DNA from: Tubulanus polymorphus
Taxonomy: Eukaryota; Animalia; Nemertea
DNA: 64,000 nt
Direction of reading: 5' to 3'
Assembly: GCF_964204645.1 (NCBI RefSeq)
Contig: NC_134030.1
Span: forward strand, 4,568,778-4,632,777
The notes under the pieces are model-generated. The model made no database searches and had not been told where the DNA came from. It worked only from the letters and a program-made list of their open reading frames with translations. A program made the translations under genes and the position numbers. Within the stretch, counting starts at the first letter, position 1. Each line of letters opens with the position of its first letter. Below, in pieces: positions 26,301 to 43,133 of the stretch.

Positions 26301-28339
26301 GTACTTTCATTATGGACCAATGATGCGCAATTTTCTACTCGCCTGCGAATCGGATCGGTTTATGCCTCTGTGCTGGTAACATAACCGATGGTTTTCGTTC
26401 CTTTTACAGTTTACGCTTGGAAAGGAACATGATGTAAAGAAGTATTCGACTATTGGAAAAATGTAAAAGCACAGACGAAGCCTTATTAAAAATTGCGTCG
26501 CTTTGTTGTGAAGGTGATTCATAGTTAAGATTTATCCGTTTATTTTTGTTGCTACATTAGACTGCGATGGACGGCATAAACTGCCATTCAATCGCTTCAT
26601 CATTTTTCGAAATAAGGTGTATACCATTAAGAGTTCATTACATCACCATTCGTTCTAATTTCATTCAATACATTTCTCTTTGTGTACATTTTTCTCCTTA
26701 TTTCCATCGTTATTACTTTGCTATTACTTATCATTTTGTAATCTTAACCATGAATAGTATAACATGTAATCAAAATGTCATAAGTTCATATACAATAATG
26801 TCCTTCAGATAACTGTGCTATACGTAAATATGATACGTGGCAGTAAGAGGAATTCTGCATGTCGCGTCTTATTACAAGTTTTAACATCATCAACTTGATT
26901 GTTACACCCGGCGTTTCGTAGATGGAATTTTAAAAAAAACTTTGAAAGTCAAATTATCAACGAAGTGCAACTTGGAGCTGGAATCCTGCTCATGTTATTC
27001 TTATTCTGCCAGTATGGTAATTAGCTGTCACTTTTCGTGATGTCGAGCTCATTTCATCTTCCACATGAATCGTAGCAAACCTTATATTATTAATCATTTA
27101 ATGTTCTAATCTGGACAATGTTTAGATTCGTATTGGAATTGTTGCTATCGCATCGAAAAACAACAATACTCGCAACGCAATAGAAATGATTACTGGCGTT
27201 CAGTAATGTAAGGATTTGCAATACCGCAGAACCAAGTTGCAATCTTCGGCGAACTTCAACGAGATCAGGAAGTCTTAACAAAGTGAAAGAGCTTCATTAC
27301 AAGTTCAAACGCCATGGTAAAAATGAGATTTAAGTTTTAACGGTGAATTTCCAGGTCATCAAGTAATACATGTACAAGAGTTGAAGGCGTCTGTCACGAT
27401 CGTCTTATGTCTCATGGGTAGACAGTTTGTCCATTTGAAGATTATATACTTCCAGACCGTCATTTACCGTTCACCCCCCCCCCCTCAGAAAAAAGAACAA
27501 ACTCCAGTACCATGATGTCACTGAATGTATCCTAATTTATATTCTTATTTATATACCACCATTTATAAAAAAAAGAAATAATTTCATTTCGATGTGTCTT
27601 ACAAAATGAACCTTAGTTTCATAAAGTAGGTATCTAAACTATGAAGGTTACAGACTATAGTGATGGTAATTTCATCTACGGCTAGGGGAGAGCTGGCAGA
27701 CTGAAGAAGCACGAATAAACACGTGTCGTACCTGTGACGACGGTTCGTAAAAGTGTTAAGTTGATATTACACGTCACGAAGCCGGTTCTCGTGGGACATG
27801 ATTTAATCTGCATGTACACGGCGTCAATCTCGCACCAGTGCGTTATAACCTAATTTGCGCGTGCGATAAAATATCGGTTATCCATGGTTTCGATCGTTCT
27901 CCGGAACGTGTACAAACCGAGTGCTAAATTGGCTTATCGTCGATGACATCCCGCTGAATTGACCATCACTTTTAGAAGGCGGTTTCATTTTCTAATGATC
28001 TATTGCAGTCAGCATCCCGAGAAAGGTCGAAGAGCAAAAGCATCACTCATGTTGTATATACGGCTTTGAAATGTTAGTAAGGCTTTTAAAAGGGAACAGT
28101 GTTTGACTATGAAATAGAAGAATTACTCGATTAGCATCACATTTACTTATCCTGGAACTCCTTAAATGTAAATATTTGCTGATGATGATAATGGCAGATC
28201 GGTTGTTTGGAACGACTTTGTGGTGGAAACAAGTCAAAATCCAAAACGTTGTGGTTTCATTTTAATAAACTTTATCCCGTAAAATTCTATTGTGGGACGA
28301 CTTTTTCATTAATACACAGTTGAACAATGTTTGCTTTAA

Positions 28340-28615
28340 CCCTTTCAGTGCGTCAACACCGCAGTGCGGTGTATGAATCGGTGATGGATTTTGCTAGTAC
28401 ACTGCGGTGTATTGATGTAATTAGTTTTTATCTCTATTGAAAGATGGCAGCACCTGTCAAACATAGTGAAATATTAGTAACTAACGATACACCGCGCCGT
28501 GGTGTAGACGCACTATTGTGGTATTCCCGTTATTGAACACACTAGGGTGGAATTTTTCAAAATTTTCAAATCATCTCCAGCACTATAGGGTATTGATTAG
28601 TCAGCACTGAAAGGG
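28340..28615. mobile_element. 276-bp piggyBac-type MITE
   Basis: TTAA|CCCTTTCAGTGC ... GCACTGAAAGGG|TTAA: 12-bp perfect TIR with CCC/GGG ends and TTAA TSD. Confidence 0.88.
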
Positions 28616-29333
28616 TTAAACATAGCTACGAGCGTTTTCAGTGCGGGGAGGTCTTAAAATGACGGTATCTATTCGATACCGGGACTAGAGGTCAATACCG
28701 CAACGTGCGCAAACAGCGGAAGAGTGGTCAATCGATTATTACGGTTTCGTCATTCGATAAAGATGAAAATATCTTTGTATAAATCACTAGTCGGTCTGTC
28801 GGCCTGTGACGTCAGTTAGCGCGGCGTAACGAGCCTGTTAAACCTCGCAGTAAAACGGTTCATTATGAAGATTGTGAGAGTTGCCGACTCACCCACTTAT
28901 GCTCGGTTGATTTAAGCGCATACTTTATTAGCACTAGAACGATGTTATAATCATCCACTTAGCTCGACTCTCCGCGTGAAATATAGCTAACCGTTAGAGG
29001 AAAGGAGTGTTCCCGAAGAGCTCGATGTGTTTTTCCATACAAACATGGAAAAACCAAATAAGCCCGTTAGATTCCTCTTGAAACTATGGGTTCAGTTGTA
29101 AACTAGATTCTTTACGCCGTCACAAATCTTTGCAACATTTAATAATTGCGGAATTTCCTGTATTTGAATATTCAAAACGCATGTGGGTTATCCCCTACTG
29201 TGATTGGCCCTTCCACAATGACGTCACCAATTGCAGTCTCTGGCGCTTCGATGTGCTGCTGAATTAAATACTTCTTACTACTAAAAACTGTAGAACTGTA
29301 ACTGTAGATTATTGAGTTACAGTGTAATTAATT

Positions 29334-29389
29334 ACCACTCAGTGGGAATCGAACCCGGCCCTCGTCAACATTAGACAGGCGTGCATACC
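29334..29389 (-). mobile_element. Degenerate tRNA-derived SINE head
   Basis: Minus strand reads GGTATGCACGCCTGTCTAATGTTGACGAGGGCCGGGTTCGATTCCCACTGAGTGG with B-box GGTTCGATTCC; no full cloverleaf. Confidence 0.4.
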
Positions 29390-32300
29390 TTTGGAAATAG
29401 TCCACTTGAAAACTGTGTTGTCGTATTTGCGTAATACTGTTATTTGCATATCGCTTCATTCCTTTTCCTTTTTTTTTTACCTTGAGTTACAACGGTTAAC
29501 CGTTCACGCGATACAGAAAACAGCTCCTCGGATTGACGTGTCAGCCAATTTATGCCCAGACTCGTTTGTCTTCGATTTGATGCCTATATACACTCGAACA
29601 CCGAGATAAGTATACGTTAATTCGCTTCGTACCGGAATGATGGCGAAATTGTCGTCATCATAAAGTTGCAAAATGAACATCTTACCCGAGAGATTGAAAC
29701 CTTATTTTCCGCTCGGTGAAGCGTGCATCGCTCACGTTCGAGTCGATTGTGAAATCATGTATTATTCAATACGTGTGACTAGCAATGATTACCTTATACA
29801 ATTTTACGTTTTCCCTTGTGTTCTATTTTACTATGGCGCACAAGCGCTCTCGGAATAACATCTCTCAAAAAACATCGTCACTCTCGATTCTGGATCTTCT
29901 CGTCGTGAACTATGGCCTTTACCTTCGCCTATCTTTCTGTCGACAGAGTCAATCATCGGTGTTTTATTTACAGATCCCCGGTTCGTCGTGAGATTTCAAA
30001 TACGAATTTGTTTGCTTCTTCGTTTAATTTCATTACGAGAGTGGAATCGAGACGTGTTTTTACGAGGCAACTGCGACACGGTGAGTTATAGCTGACTAAT
30101 TCCGCGAACATTGCCACCCGTGGAATCGTAAACTCGTTTAATTCGTGCTGTTGAGTTGAACTGATAACCAGTTCGGCGAAAATGCCAAAGTAATAAACCA
30201 AAAATATGTCGCTTTGAACTTTATAGTTCGCGATTTAGGGTCCGCATGCATGTCGAGATACCGAGCATTATCCCCGTAACCCCCCACACCCACACCCACA
30301 CCTAGAACTAATCTGATATCCAAACAACTTGACGCGATGGTTTTTCCGGTGGAGAAGCAGAATAACACTTTGGTAGACGCCCAAAACACCTCTTCTCAAA
30401 CAAATGTGTAGATTTACGAATCAGCGCTCGACCCTCAGCCGGTGTTTGAAAGGCTCGAATATTCTTCAGCCTCAAATTGGAAACCGACGAGCGAAAACAA
30501 TCTTCTGTTACGCATTCGGGGGATACGGTGTTAAGAAAGTTGATTTTACGATATTTTACGACACCATTGAACTTTCATTTGAGCTGTGGATAGAATGCTG
30601 CAATTCGAATAGTCAGAGGAGGCCATATGTTCGTATAATGCGTTTCTAGTATTGGAGACGACGCAAAGTCGAAATAATCAACAGTAAATTAATAACCATT
30701 TGGGGAAATGTGTTATCATTTATCAACAGGGATCATGTGATTAACGACTCGCAAGTCGACGCTTAAAATCCGACGAGGCGTCCATAGAAAACTACTTTAT
30801 AATAATAAGTTCTTCACTTAAATCATATTTCTTCGTATATGTGATTATTTCAACGGATGGTGCTCTAATGAACTCACACAAGGTCATTCTCGTGAAACCA
30901 GTGTGTTTGTGTGTGTGTGTGTTTGTGTTTTGAGGTCAGGGATTCACACCATATCGATATTCGATTTATCAACGCGAGTCGATGAACGAACCTAATTATG
31001 AAATTTACATTTACTGAAAAATATCAAAACTAACTTCTTTCCATCGAAAAATCGAGCCATAACTAAATTGTTTTTATCAATGTCACTTTTTACCAAAAAA
31101 GCATCTGCATTTCCTTACTGAATCTGTCATCTCAATGAGACTTCGGAGTAATGTACACGTTGATGGATTGAACGCGACGTAGTACAGCTAATGTAATGAA
31201 TTCTACGACAGCTCTTGTGCTGTAAATACGTTCGGGGTTTATTCGTCCCAGGCCGTCGAGCCATCGGTCATACGAGCAAACGCTGTCCGAAGCACGGACA
31301 TGTTGCATTTGTCACAGGTTAATCAGAGAAGTGGCCGCGATAGAAATGATCGGTCATCTTGAATAGAGTCCTAATCACCACGTAGATGCAGCGCATTAAT
31401 ACCGCACCGTAATTACCCCCTCTGAGAGTATTTCGTGTGTGTCGCCCTATTTTTGGCTCGCGCATTTCGTGAAGATCGACGCCCTAATTCGGTTATTAAT
31501 CACGATATGTTCGTTTATTGCGAATCCTCTTCGAGGCGCGGTCTTTTCCTGGTAACTCTGAAGATATTTTAGTTCTCCGCCTTTCAACGCGATATAAGTT
31601 CAGAACGGTATGAACCTCACGGCTCGAATAAGTAGTTCGAAAAACATTAAATGACCAATTGCATCCGAAAACCATAAAATCGAAGAGCAATAAAAGCAAT
31701 GTCGTGGAGGCATTTAGATTGATCTACTGTACAGAACCTGGCAGTGCTGACGATGGGTACCGGTTAACCACGGGAAGTAGTTTGTTTTTACTTTACATGC
31801 GATATACACGCTATTCGTGCTTTTAAACATTCACATACAAACATAGAATGGTCATCACGAACTTTTCGCCGCATCTTACCATCTTAACCAGAGCAAACGA
31901 AACTAATTTCAGCGTTCTGTATTAGCGCGTAAATAAGATTCTATTCGAGCGAAGCATGCAATGAAGTCGACAAAAAACAATTTGCAGACTAAAATGCTGA
32001 ATTATGTCAACTTAACGCGCATTGAAGAGTGCGTAATAGAATGGACTTCGACACGCAACTTATTCCCAGGGAAAGAACAAAGATAATGTTGAACAAAGAT
32101 TGCAGGGCATTATTTGATACTTTCGAAGACTTTTGAGACTATACCGTTATTTAGTGTCGGTTGATGATAGCGTTATCGGTGCTCATAAATCTGATCCGAT
32201 ATCTCAAAATACGGAGGCCTAATATTTTTGCGGAGGAAACGATAAACCTTTGATAGATAAACTCGCAATTTTCGATATATTATTTCACTTTTTCGGGCGT

Positions 32301-33590
32301 TTCGAATTTTCGCTGCGATACGTCATCTGGGAAAGGTGAATTGGCTAAAATTCAAAACATCGGGGAAATTAGAATCGAATATTGAAAATTGCTGGTTATT
32401 TCGTATCAGCTGGTTGCAAGATCATGTTTTCAGGAAACGTTTGACCTAAACATGACCTGCCGTAGATTACCGATCGTTGCCAATTCGAAAGACAAACACA
32501 AATCAACGTGAAAACACGACTTACCCAAAATAGAAGACACAATCCCAGGTGATGTTGAACAACGTATCGACGATGCTACGCCCGGCGTACCCGTTTATTC
32601 ATCGACAAGAGAATAAAAACCGAATGAGTGCATCAAGTCACAGCAAACGCTGACCATGCATCAATCAACGGCGTCAACGAGTAAATCTTTAGTCGATTTA
32701 TGTGTTTATTCACCTTGGTTCTGATCCCATTGACCGAACGCGTATATTCGCCGGTCATTATATCGCTTATATAATGAAGATAAAGGTCATCAACGGCGTT
32801 GTTCTCCTCGACTATATGCTGTTTTCTTATCCTAACATGCTTCGTACGGAAAATTGATAAATAGCAAAAAAAGATTTACTTGATTATGGCAAAGGGCAAA
32901 GATGTTTACGTCCGTTCCTATTTTTGGTCATTAGGCCTGTGTTGATTACTGGAGTGTCCGCCTGAAACATCATATAAAAAAAAACTTTTTCTTATACTTT
33001 TGTTGTGTTTTCATCACAACTTATTTCTTAATTTTAGTTTTCTTCGTTTCTACCATCATTTGAATTCAATTCAACATAAATTTCACGACTTCTTAACTTT
33101 TTCCTCAAATAACATATATTCAATACTCGAATGATAAGAATTGTATCTTTATTTTGTCCTTCACTTAAAACATCTGTAATAGAAAAAAGTATCAACATTT
33201 CGCCCTGATATTCCTTTCTTGAAAAGATTCGCATTTGAAGTAATCAAAAAATGCCTTAGAAATGTGAACAATACATATTACGCGTCGATGAAAATGACTC
33301 CCGGTGATAAATAATCTCCGATCTAGCGATGAAAAGAGAAAGTAACTCAATTAAATTTACTGGTCATATGGTCGTTTCTTTTCATAAAAATATCCATACA
33401 TATTCGATCAAAGAAGAATGACAAAAGCATTTGAGAAGCATATATGGATATTTCAAGACGGGTTCGGAAAATTGTTTTATCACGAAAATAATTTAAACGT
33501 ATACGTTTTCTGTTAGCTCTTTGCGTATAAACAAATTAGAATACCTAAATTAAAAGACGCCGTTTAGCACTCATAGCCGCAAAAAGCCAA

Positions 33591-36330
<2,740 letters not shown>

Positions 36331-37443
36331 TTCTTGGTGATAAAATGTAACGGTTTTGCTCTAATGAATACGTGTAGTTTCACATCTTTAAAGTCCTGCA
36401 TCAGATATAACGCATGGACTACCGGTGTTATCACCGTTATTCCCTCCGCTGTGACAAATGAATGAAATGGGATAAAGGGATATTTGAATGCAGAGTCAAT
36501 ATCTAATAATATGACCGTATATTGTGAAATCCTGGCCGATGCTTCTGTTCAATTATTCACGTTGCCGACATTGGTAATGCACAATTAATTACCCCTAAAT
36601 TATGGTTGAGCGATGCAAAACAATATATTAAGTCATTTTATAAATCACTGCACTTACCTGTCAGCGCTATGGACGCATCATCAGATATAGGTATCCAGGG
36701 AAACTAGTTAAAAAACAAATCCCGACGGTCTAAAACCATTCACCGAATAGTTTGATGTCATAATGGAATAAATATTTACTTTAGTATTGATAATGCGGCG
36801 CAGTTTAGCGGGAATCTTGTGGATTCGAGTCCCGCGCGCCACGAACTAGTATTGAACGAACACTTTTAGACTGTCTAATGCTAATGTTTGGAACGGCTTT
36901 GTATCAGCCTATTTAGACGAACGTTTCACCGATTTAGAACGCTCGATTTTCTTCAGAATCAAGTGCGTAAAGCTTTGAAGGATTGAAGCATCGCGACCGG
37001 ACATGGCTATAGGTTACAATGAGTATGATGGGAATTGAACTGTAGAGCTATTCGAATTGACGATAACCCACCATATTGCGATGTTATTCCTAGGAGAAAA
37101 TGATACGCACATATACATTGGACATCTTCAAAACTTAAGAAATCATGAGACACAATGCACGGAAACATGGACACGAACAATCGGCAATATCTAAATTGTA
37201 TTTCAATAAACAATCTAATAGAAATCATATACTAAATGACTATACAAATTTCATGCTTTACAGTTTTAGCGATATGTATGTGAAATTGTATCAACATTTG
37301 TTTCTAACTAACAGTTACGACTTGAAACGATCAGTTATTATGCTATTATTAACAAGGAGGAGGTGATTGAGATATTTATGCCTTCCACATTCAATGTGCG
37401 CGCTATATGCCGAACGTATTTGATATCCACGCAGAATAGTCTC

Positions 37444-40318
37444 TTATGTCTTCGTAGTCATTTCCTTCGTGTGTTGCGGTTTGATATCTGTAACTCGCCT
37501 TGTCTTACTTCTCAAACTCGTCCATAGTTTCAATAGAAACATCGCTAGAAATTCGACGATTTCGTAAAGGCTTAAAATACTGGCGCCTATACAAAACCCG
37601 AGTTGTCCGCCAACATCGGCTGGAAACCAAGAAAAGAAGATCAGTAACCGAAGTATATGGATTACTAAAATTGAAGGGGATTTTAAGTTATCTTTAGCTT
37701 TACATCATACATAACATAAATGCAATGCTGTATTCGATTTTTACTTTATAAAGATACATGAAGCATCATTCACACACTCATACCGATCAGTTGTTGCCAG
37801 CTGTATTCCGGCTGTTGTCGAATGTGATCGTAAACGAGTTGTTTGTAATAGACTCTCATTTCAAGGAAATTTTCCCTATTAAAGAAATCGAGAAATTTTT
37901 TTCTCTAATGCGCCGAAAGTTTGTCTATCAGGCTGATTTGAACCTAACGCTAGGAAGAAACGATATGAAATTATTACCCTACCTCATTGAGGTCGTTGAT
38001 TGATTAATCACATTTCGCAACAGTTCGGCAGCTAGGTTCGAAGGAACCATTGCTGTTGTTACTTGTACTTGATATTCTATCACGGAACACGATAACACAC
38101 AAGTGCAGTTATGTCCCAACGTAGCTGTGAATGCAGAAACCCTTTACAGAAAAGTGGATCATCATACAAGTTACCCAGTTCGATGACGTAAAATGAGCTC
38201 ATCAAACAATTGCTGGTTATTTAAATTCAAAGTTTTTCGATTTTCATCCAATAAGAAATTGTCATTTCAAACTACTGTTACTAACGTCTACCTGAAAGTT
38301 TATGTATTATGCAGGTAACATAGTGATGCAGCGTACATGGCTCGTAGTCTGAAAATTCAAAACAATTCTTAAAGCGATTGAAATTAGAAAACAATTTCCG
38401 CAAAGCTACGTAAATGATTCATAAGACCGTACTTACTTGAATCGTTGACGTATAGCGAACAGTTACATGTTTTGAATAACGCTACCAGGCGACACTCTCG
38501 CTGACATGAGGAGTGCGAATACGTAGGAAAATATTTCAACGGGTTTTTCACGTTCGGGTCCGACATGTTTTTGCAGTGACCGCCTTCGTAAGGCGCTGGT
38601 AAAAAATTCAGCTGAAATTCAAAGCAAATCGAACACGGGTTTTCAAATCTCGTTATTCCAAATGTGTACTACGACAAATGCTAGGTTTTACCCGTTGTGA
38701 TGACAGAGCAGCCAACGCTTCGACACCTGGTTGTACAGCAAATCCAAATTCTCTGACAAGCGGCACTTCATTTTGGTCATGAACCAAAACCTGACACAAA
38801 ATAGTGGAAATATGTTGAATGAGTGCAGAATAAAAGTTGAACCCTTTGCCTACTTTTTACACATAGTTCCATGATAATTTCATTTTGAGGTATTAGTGAA
38901 TTCCCCCCCCCTCAATTCTGATTTGATCTGGTGTCTCTTACAAACCCACCACGCCTTCCGGGAACGAAAAAGGGGGTATGAAATAGGTAATAGGTATAAT
39001 CGATTAAGCATAGATATGATTCGACGGTCGAACGAATTTGCAGAATTTTTCAGTTTAAATCGAAGTGATTATTGGAAATAACTGTTCCGATTCGTGTAGA
39101 CAATCTTCCATCTAACCTGAACCGGCGGCAAGCAACTGATTGGCTTAAAACATACCTTAATACCCGCTGAGGCACCACTCGAAATAGCGTTCTCGTATTG
39201 TTGTACGTTAATTCGCACCCACAACCCCTGATCGCTACCCGAAGTTGTCACCTCAAGTGGTTTACCGTTTCGTTGAACGTATTTCCGCGAATTGAACGTA
39301 TAACAACGCCCGTAAGACGTCAGTACATCGTCGAAATAGTCGGAGCAGTTGATTTTCCTGTTCAACCAGTAACATTGAAACATAAACTTGTTTAACAAAT
39401 GACCGCCTTCGCGCAGAATGGTTTCATATTTGTAGTTCTTGAACGCTTGCAATGTCGCGTTGTCGTATTGAACTTTGAAATTTCTGGAAGAGAAAAAAGT
39501 CGTACGTTTGATATTCGAGTAATACATGGTTATACCTAATGGTTCATCGACTGATGCCCTTGTCGCAAAGAAATTACATGCATATTAACATGGAGAGATT
39601 CCCTCTATAATAACGAAAAACTAAGTCCGAAAATGTTTCCTAAAGAGGGAGTATTTGTCGTTTCGAGGATACGCTAATAGTCATCTTCAGGAATAATGAA
39701 TGTGGGACTCTCTCTCCATATTCTCTCTCGTCACAACACGGATATAGTGTTCTATCATTGTTGGACTATATAATACAGACATCTCTATCAGATGTGGGTG
39801 TTTCTAACTTACGGCGTAGGTGGATTTTCTGCAATGATGCGAAGAACAGGATCCGACATTAAATAGCTCTTCCGCAGAGTGTTCAAGTTGCAAATCGTTA
39901 CGGCCGGAAATTCCATCGGACTTTCGTACTCGATCGTGATTTTAGTGCTGACGGGTTTTCTCATGTACACCAGCACTCGAGGGTGGATCATGCATATGCA
40001 AAACACTATAGATGCGATAATCATGAGACACCAAATCACCCTGAAATAATCGGAGGGAGATTTTAAAAAGGCTGATTAGTTAGACCTGAAAATTTCTATT
40101 TTCGAAAAAAAACCATAATTCTGCATACGAAATGCAAAATACTAGAAAAGTGCCAACTTACTTCCGTATAACTGCGGTATCGTAGCAGCCGACATATTTG
40201 ATTCCGTGCACAGAACTTTCTTGACTGAAATCCACGATACTCATTTAATGTTGGACGACTCAGGCGACGACTCAGAACGTTCATCTTTTACGGTGTCGCC
40301 ATCATCAACGGGCTTCAT
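37444..40318 (-). CDS. DEG/ENaC (ASIC-like) channel subunit, paralog B; 9 exons, 459 aa from ATG 40244 (apparent 1-nt frameshift relative to ATG 40318)
   Basis: Exons (40318/40244)-40162, 40040-39813, 39483-39156, 38790-38692, 38611-38437, 38348-38292, 38124-37983, 37875-37784, 37619-37444; SSVHG, FPAVTICN, YGRCYTFN, ADVGGQLGFCIGAS. Confidence 0.88.
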
Positions 40319-40814
40319 CTTTCGGGTAGGGATTACTACAGAAACTCGGTTACAAAGTTTCGCGAAAGAATTTCACATTTTGCTGGTGTCCCGTTTTATG
40401 ATTATGTATACGCGTATTTACAATGAATATGAATGGCAACATCCGTGTGATATATGTTCGCGTCCATTTGTACCAACGTTGGATCATCCGAATAGCGATT
40501 CCCGTCAATCGGTTTATGATACCGTTCTTCACACTCGTGTGTTGAGTGGTAAAGCTTTCAAATAAGCAAACACTACGTAATGAAAAATCACTGATTGGAT
40601 AAACACGATGAATATATGAACGCATCACATAGGCTTTCCGGTTTTGATCGCCGCAGCGCATTAACGCTCGTGGATGAGACATTTACACCAATTCATCAAT
40701 AATGTACTTTTCTAGTTCAATTTCGTACGTTAAAATAATCGTCAATTGAAATAAAGCTGAGTGAAAAAAAAAATATCCGAAAGTTGATAGACGAAAATTA
40801 GATAATTCATCAAA

Positions 40815-43133
40815 TTACAAAATCGTATCCACGCTTTTTTGCACTGTCACGCGCGTACTGATGTTTCGTTTTCGTTTACACATCTTCAGCGGAAGAATTA
40901 TCAGAAATTCGAACAATTCGTACACGCTAAGAATACTGGCTCCGAGACAGAATCCGAGCTGACCCCCAACATCCGCTGCAATTACAGAATGAACGAGGGA
41001 CCATTATTATATATTTCTTCCGTTATCTTAGGCAGAGAGTTCGTGTAACCGAAATCCGGCGATAGCGATGATAATTTAAGGCATCATTTTCAAAAAGACT
41101 ATAAACAGTTAACTGTCACATTCTGAGTCGATAAACATTTCATACTCGAGATTTATATTGTAATCGCTTTTATGGATGTCTTTAGTTGAGCTTGATAGGT
41201 TTGTTCCCTGTTAACCGCTTACCGATCAGTTGTTGCCACTCGTATTCCGGCTCCTGGTAGAAATGCTCAATTTCCAGATCCTCGAAGTAAATTCTCATGT
41301 CGATAAAATTCTCACTGCGAAATATATGTTACATGCAAACCACCATAGATACGTAATATTTGAAGAGAGAGAGAGCGGAATGCGATTCGTTATCTTGTAG
41401 GTGACGTTTCAATTTTACACGTACCGTAATCTCGTCAAAGATATGTTTTGCTTCTCTAAGAATTGTCCAACTCTATTTGAAGGCATCATCGCTGTCGATA
41501 CTTGAACTGTGTACTTGGTTAACAGACATGGCGGTAAACAAGATTTGTGACATCTCTGATTGATGGAAGCTGCCAAAAGAAATATTGAAAAACTGCAGCG
41601 ACCGATGAGCAACTTGATATTGAACATGATATTTTGTTTCTTGTCAAACGACGAGTAAACGATGAGTAAAAAATTACCTGTTTCGAGAGGTTTCAAACAT
41701 CTTAGATATTCACATAACGTGCAGGGTTTGAAATCTAAAAAAACAAACTTGACGTATCATAGGACACCGATTCGCCTAGGAAAAGCATATCAATTTCACT
41801 CACCCATAGCATCAACCTTATAAGAACAGTTACATATCTTGAAAATCTCTAACAGGCGGCATTCCCATCGACAAGAACTCTGCGAATATGGGGCGAAAAA
41901 CTTCAGTGGATTTGTCGCTCCTTTTGCTTTCATGTCCTTACATATCCCACCCTCGTATGGTGCAGGCAGAAATTTCATCTGAAATTTGAACAGAATGACA
42001 GAATGTCTTACATCCGTTGTTTACTAAACGATGCAAGGCGAGTTATTCCGACTTTTCTCAACTAAATGAACTTGCAAAAAAGAAAGTTGTCGATATTCTT
42101 TAGAATAAATGGAGTAGAGAAAAAAAGATAGAAACCTGCTTCGAACTAACAGCTACTAAAGCTTCAACACCGGGCTGTACTGCGAAACCAAGTTCACGGA
42201 CCAATGGCTCCTCTGACTGATCATGGATCAAAGCCTGCAATTATAAAGTAAAAGATATTTGTACGTAATGCCAATATTGTTAATAAAGATACACCATTTG
42301 ATGTCCGTGAACGATTTTACCTTGATTCCTGCTGATAAGACGTTAGAGACGGCGTATTCGTGTTGTTCCACGTTGATTCTTACCCATAGCCCTTGTTCGC
42401 TTCCTGAAGTCGCAACTTCCAGAGGTGCTCCATATCGGCGCGTCACTTTGTGGCGGTTAAACGTGTAACATTTTCCATACGATGTATATTGTTCATCGAA
42501 ATAGTTCGAGCAATTGATCTGCCGGTGCGACCAGTAACATTCCATCAAAAATGAATCCAGCTTATGGCCCCCTTCGCGGATCGTTTCGTCAAATATGAAG
42601 TGTTTAAGAACTTCGTATTCGTCAGTGGTATATACAGACGGTCTTATGAAAGGCGGCTGCCGGGCGATAGGCCGAAGCGCTGGATTCGAGTTTAGATAAC
42701 TTTTCCGGAAGACATTCAAGTTACAAATCGTAACAGCCGGGAATTTCATTGGACTCTTATATTCAAATGTAACTTTGGTATTGACAGGTTTTTTCATAAA
42801 TACAATGACTCTGGGATAGATCATAGTACCGCAAAATCCCATTGATAAAACTATTACTAGCAGCCAGACCACCCTAAAAACAGTGAAACATTTCCATGTA
42901 CTCATAACGTCGATTGGATTTTTTGAACATTTCATTTTTCGAACCAAACTTCATTCAGATTGTTGCAAATAACACACGCGATAAACCCCAAACTCTTACC
43001 TTCTCGAAGGAACAACGTCATAGTCTCCGACATATTTGATGCCGTGCACCGAACTTTCCTGACTGTAAGTTGTGAAATTTCTATGTCCAGCAGGTGATGG
43101 CGAGTGTTCTTCGTTCGTTGCCGAATCCGTCAT
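40815..43133 (-). CDS. DEG/ENaC (ASIC-like) channel subunit, paralog C; 8 exons, ~471 aa
   Basis: Exons 43133-43000, 42873-42321, 42234-42136, 41978-41804, 41734-41678, 41569-41425, 41314-41223, 40975-40815 (sum 1416 nt); SSVHG, FPAVTICN, YGKCYTFN, ADVGGQLGFCLGAS. Confidence 0.92.

Noticed and set aside
36795-36841. tRNA-like A/B box string ending in CCA
   Set aside because: Only about 47 nt with no anticodon arm; at most a SINE/tRNA fragment, not a tRNA gene.
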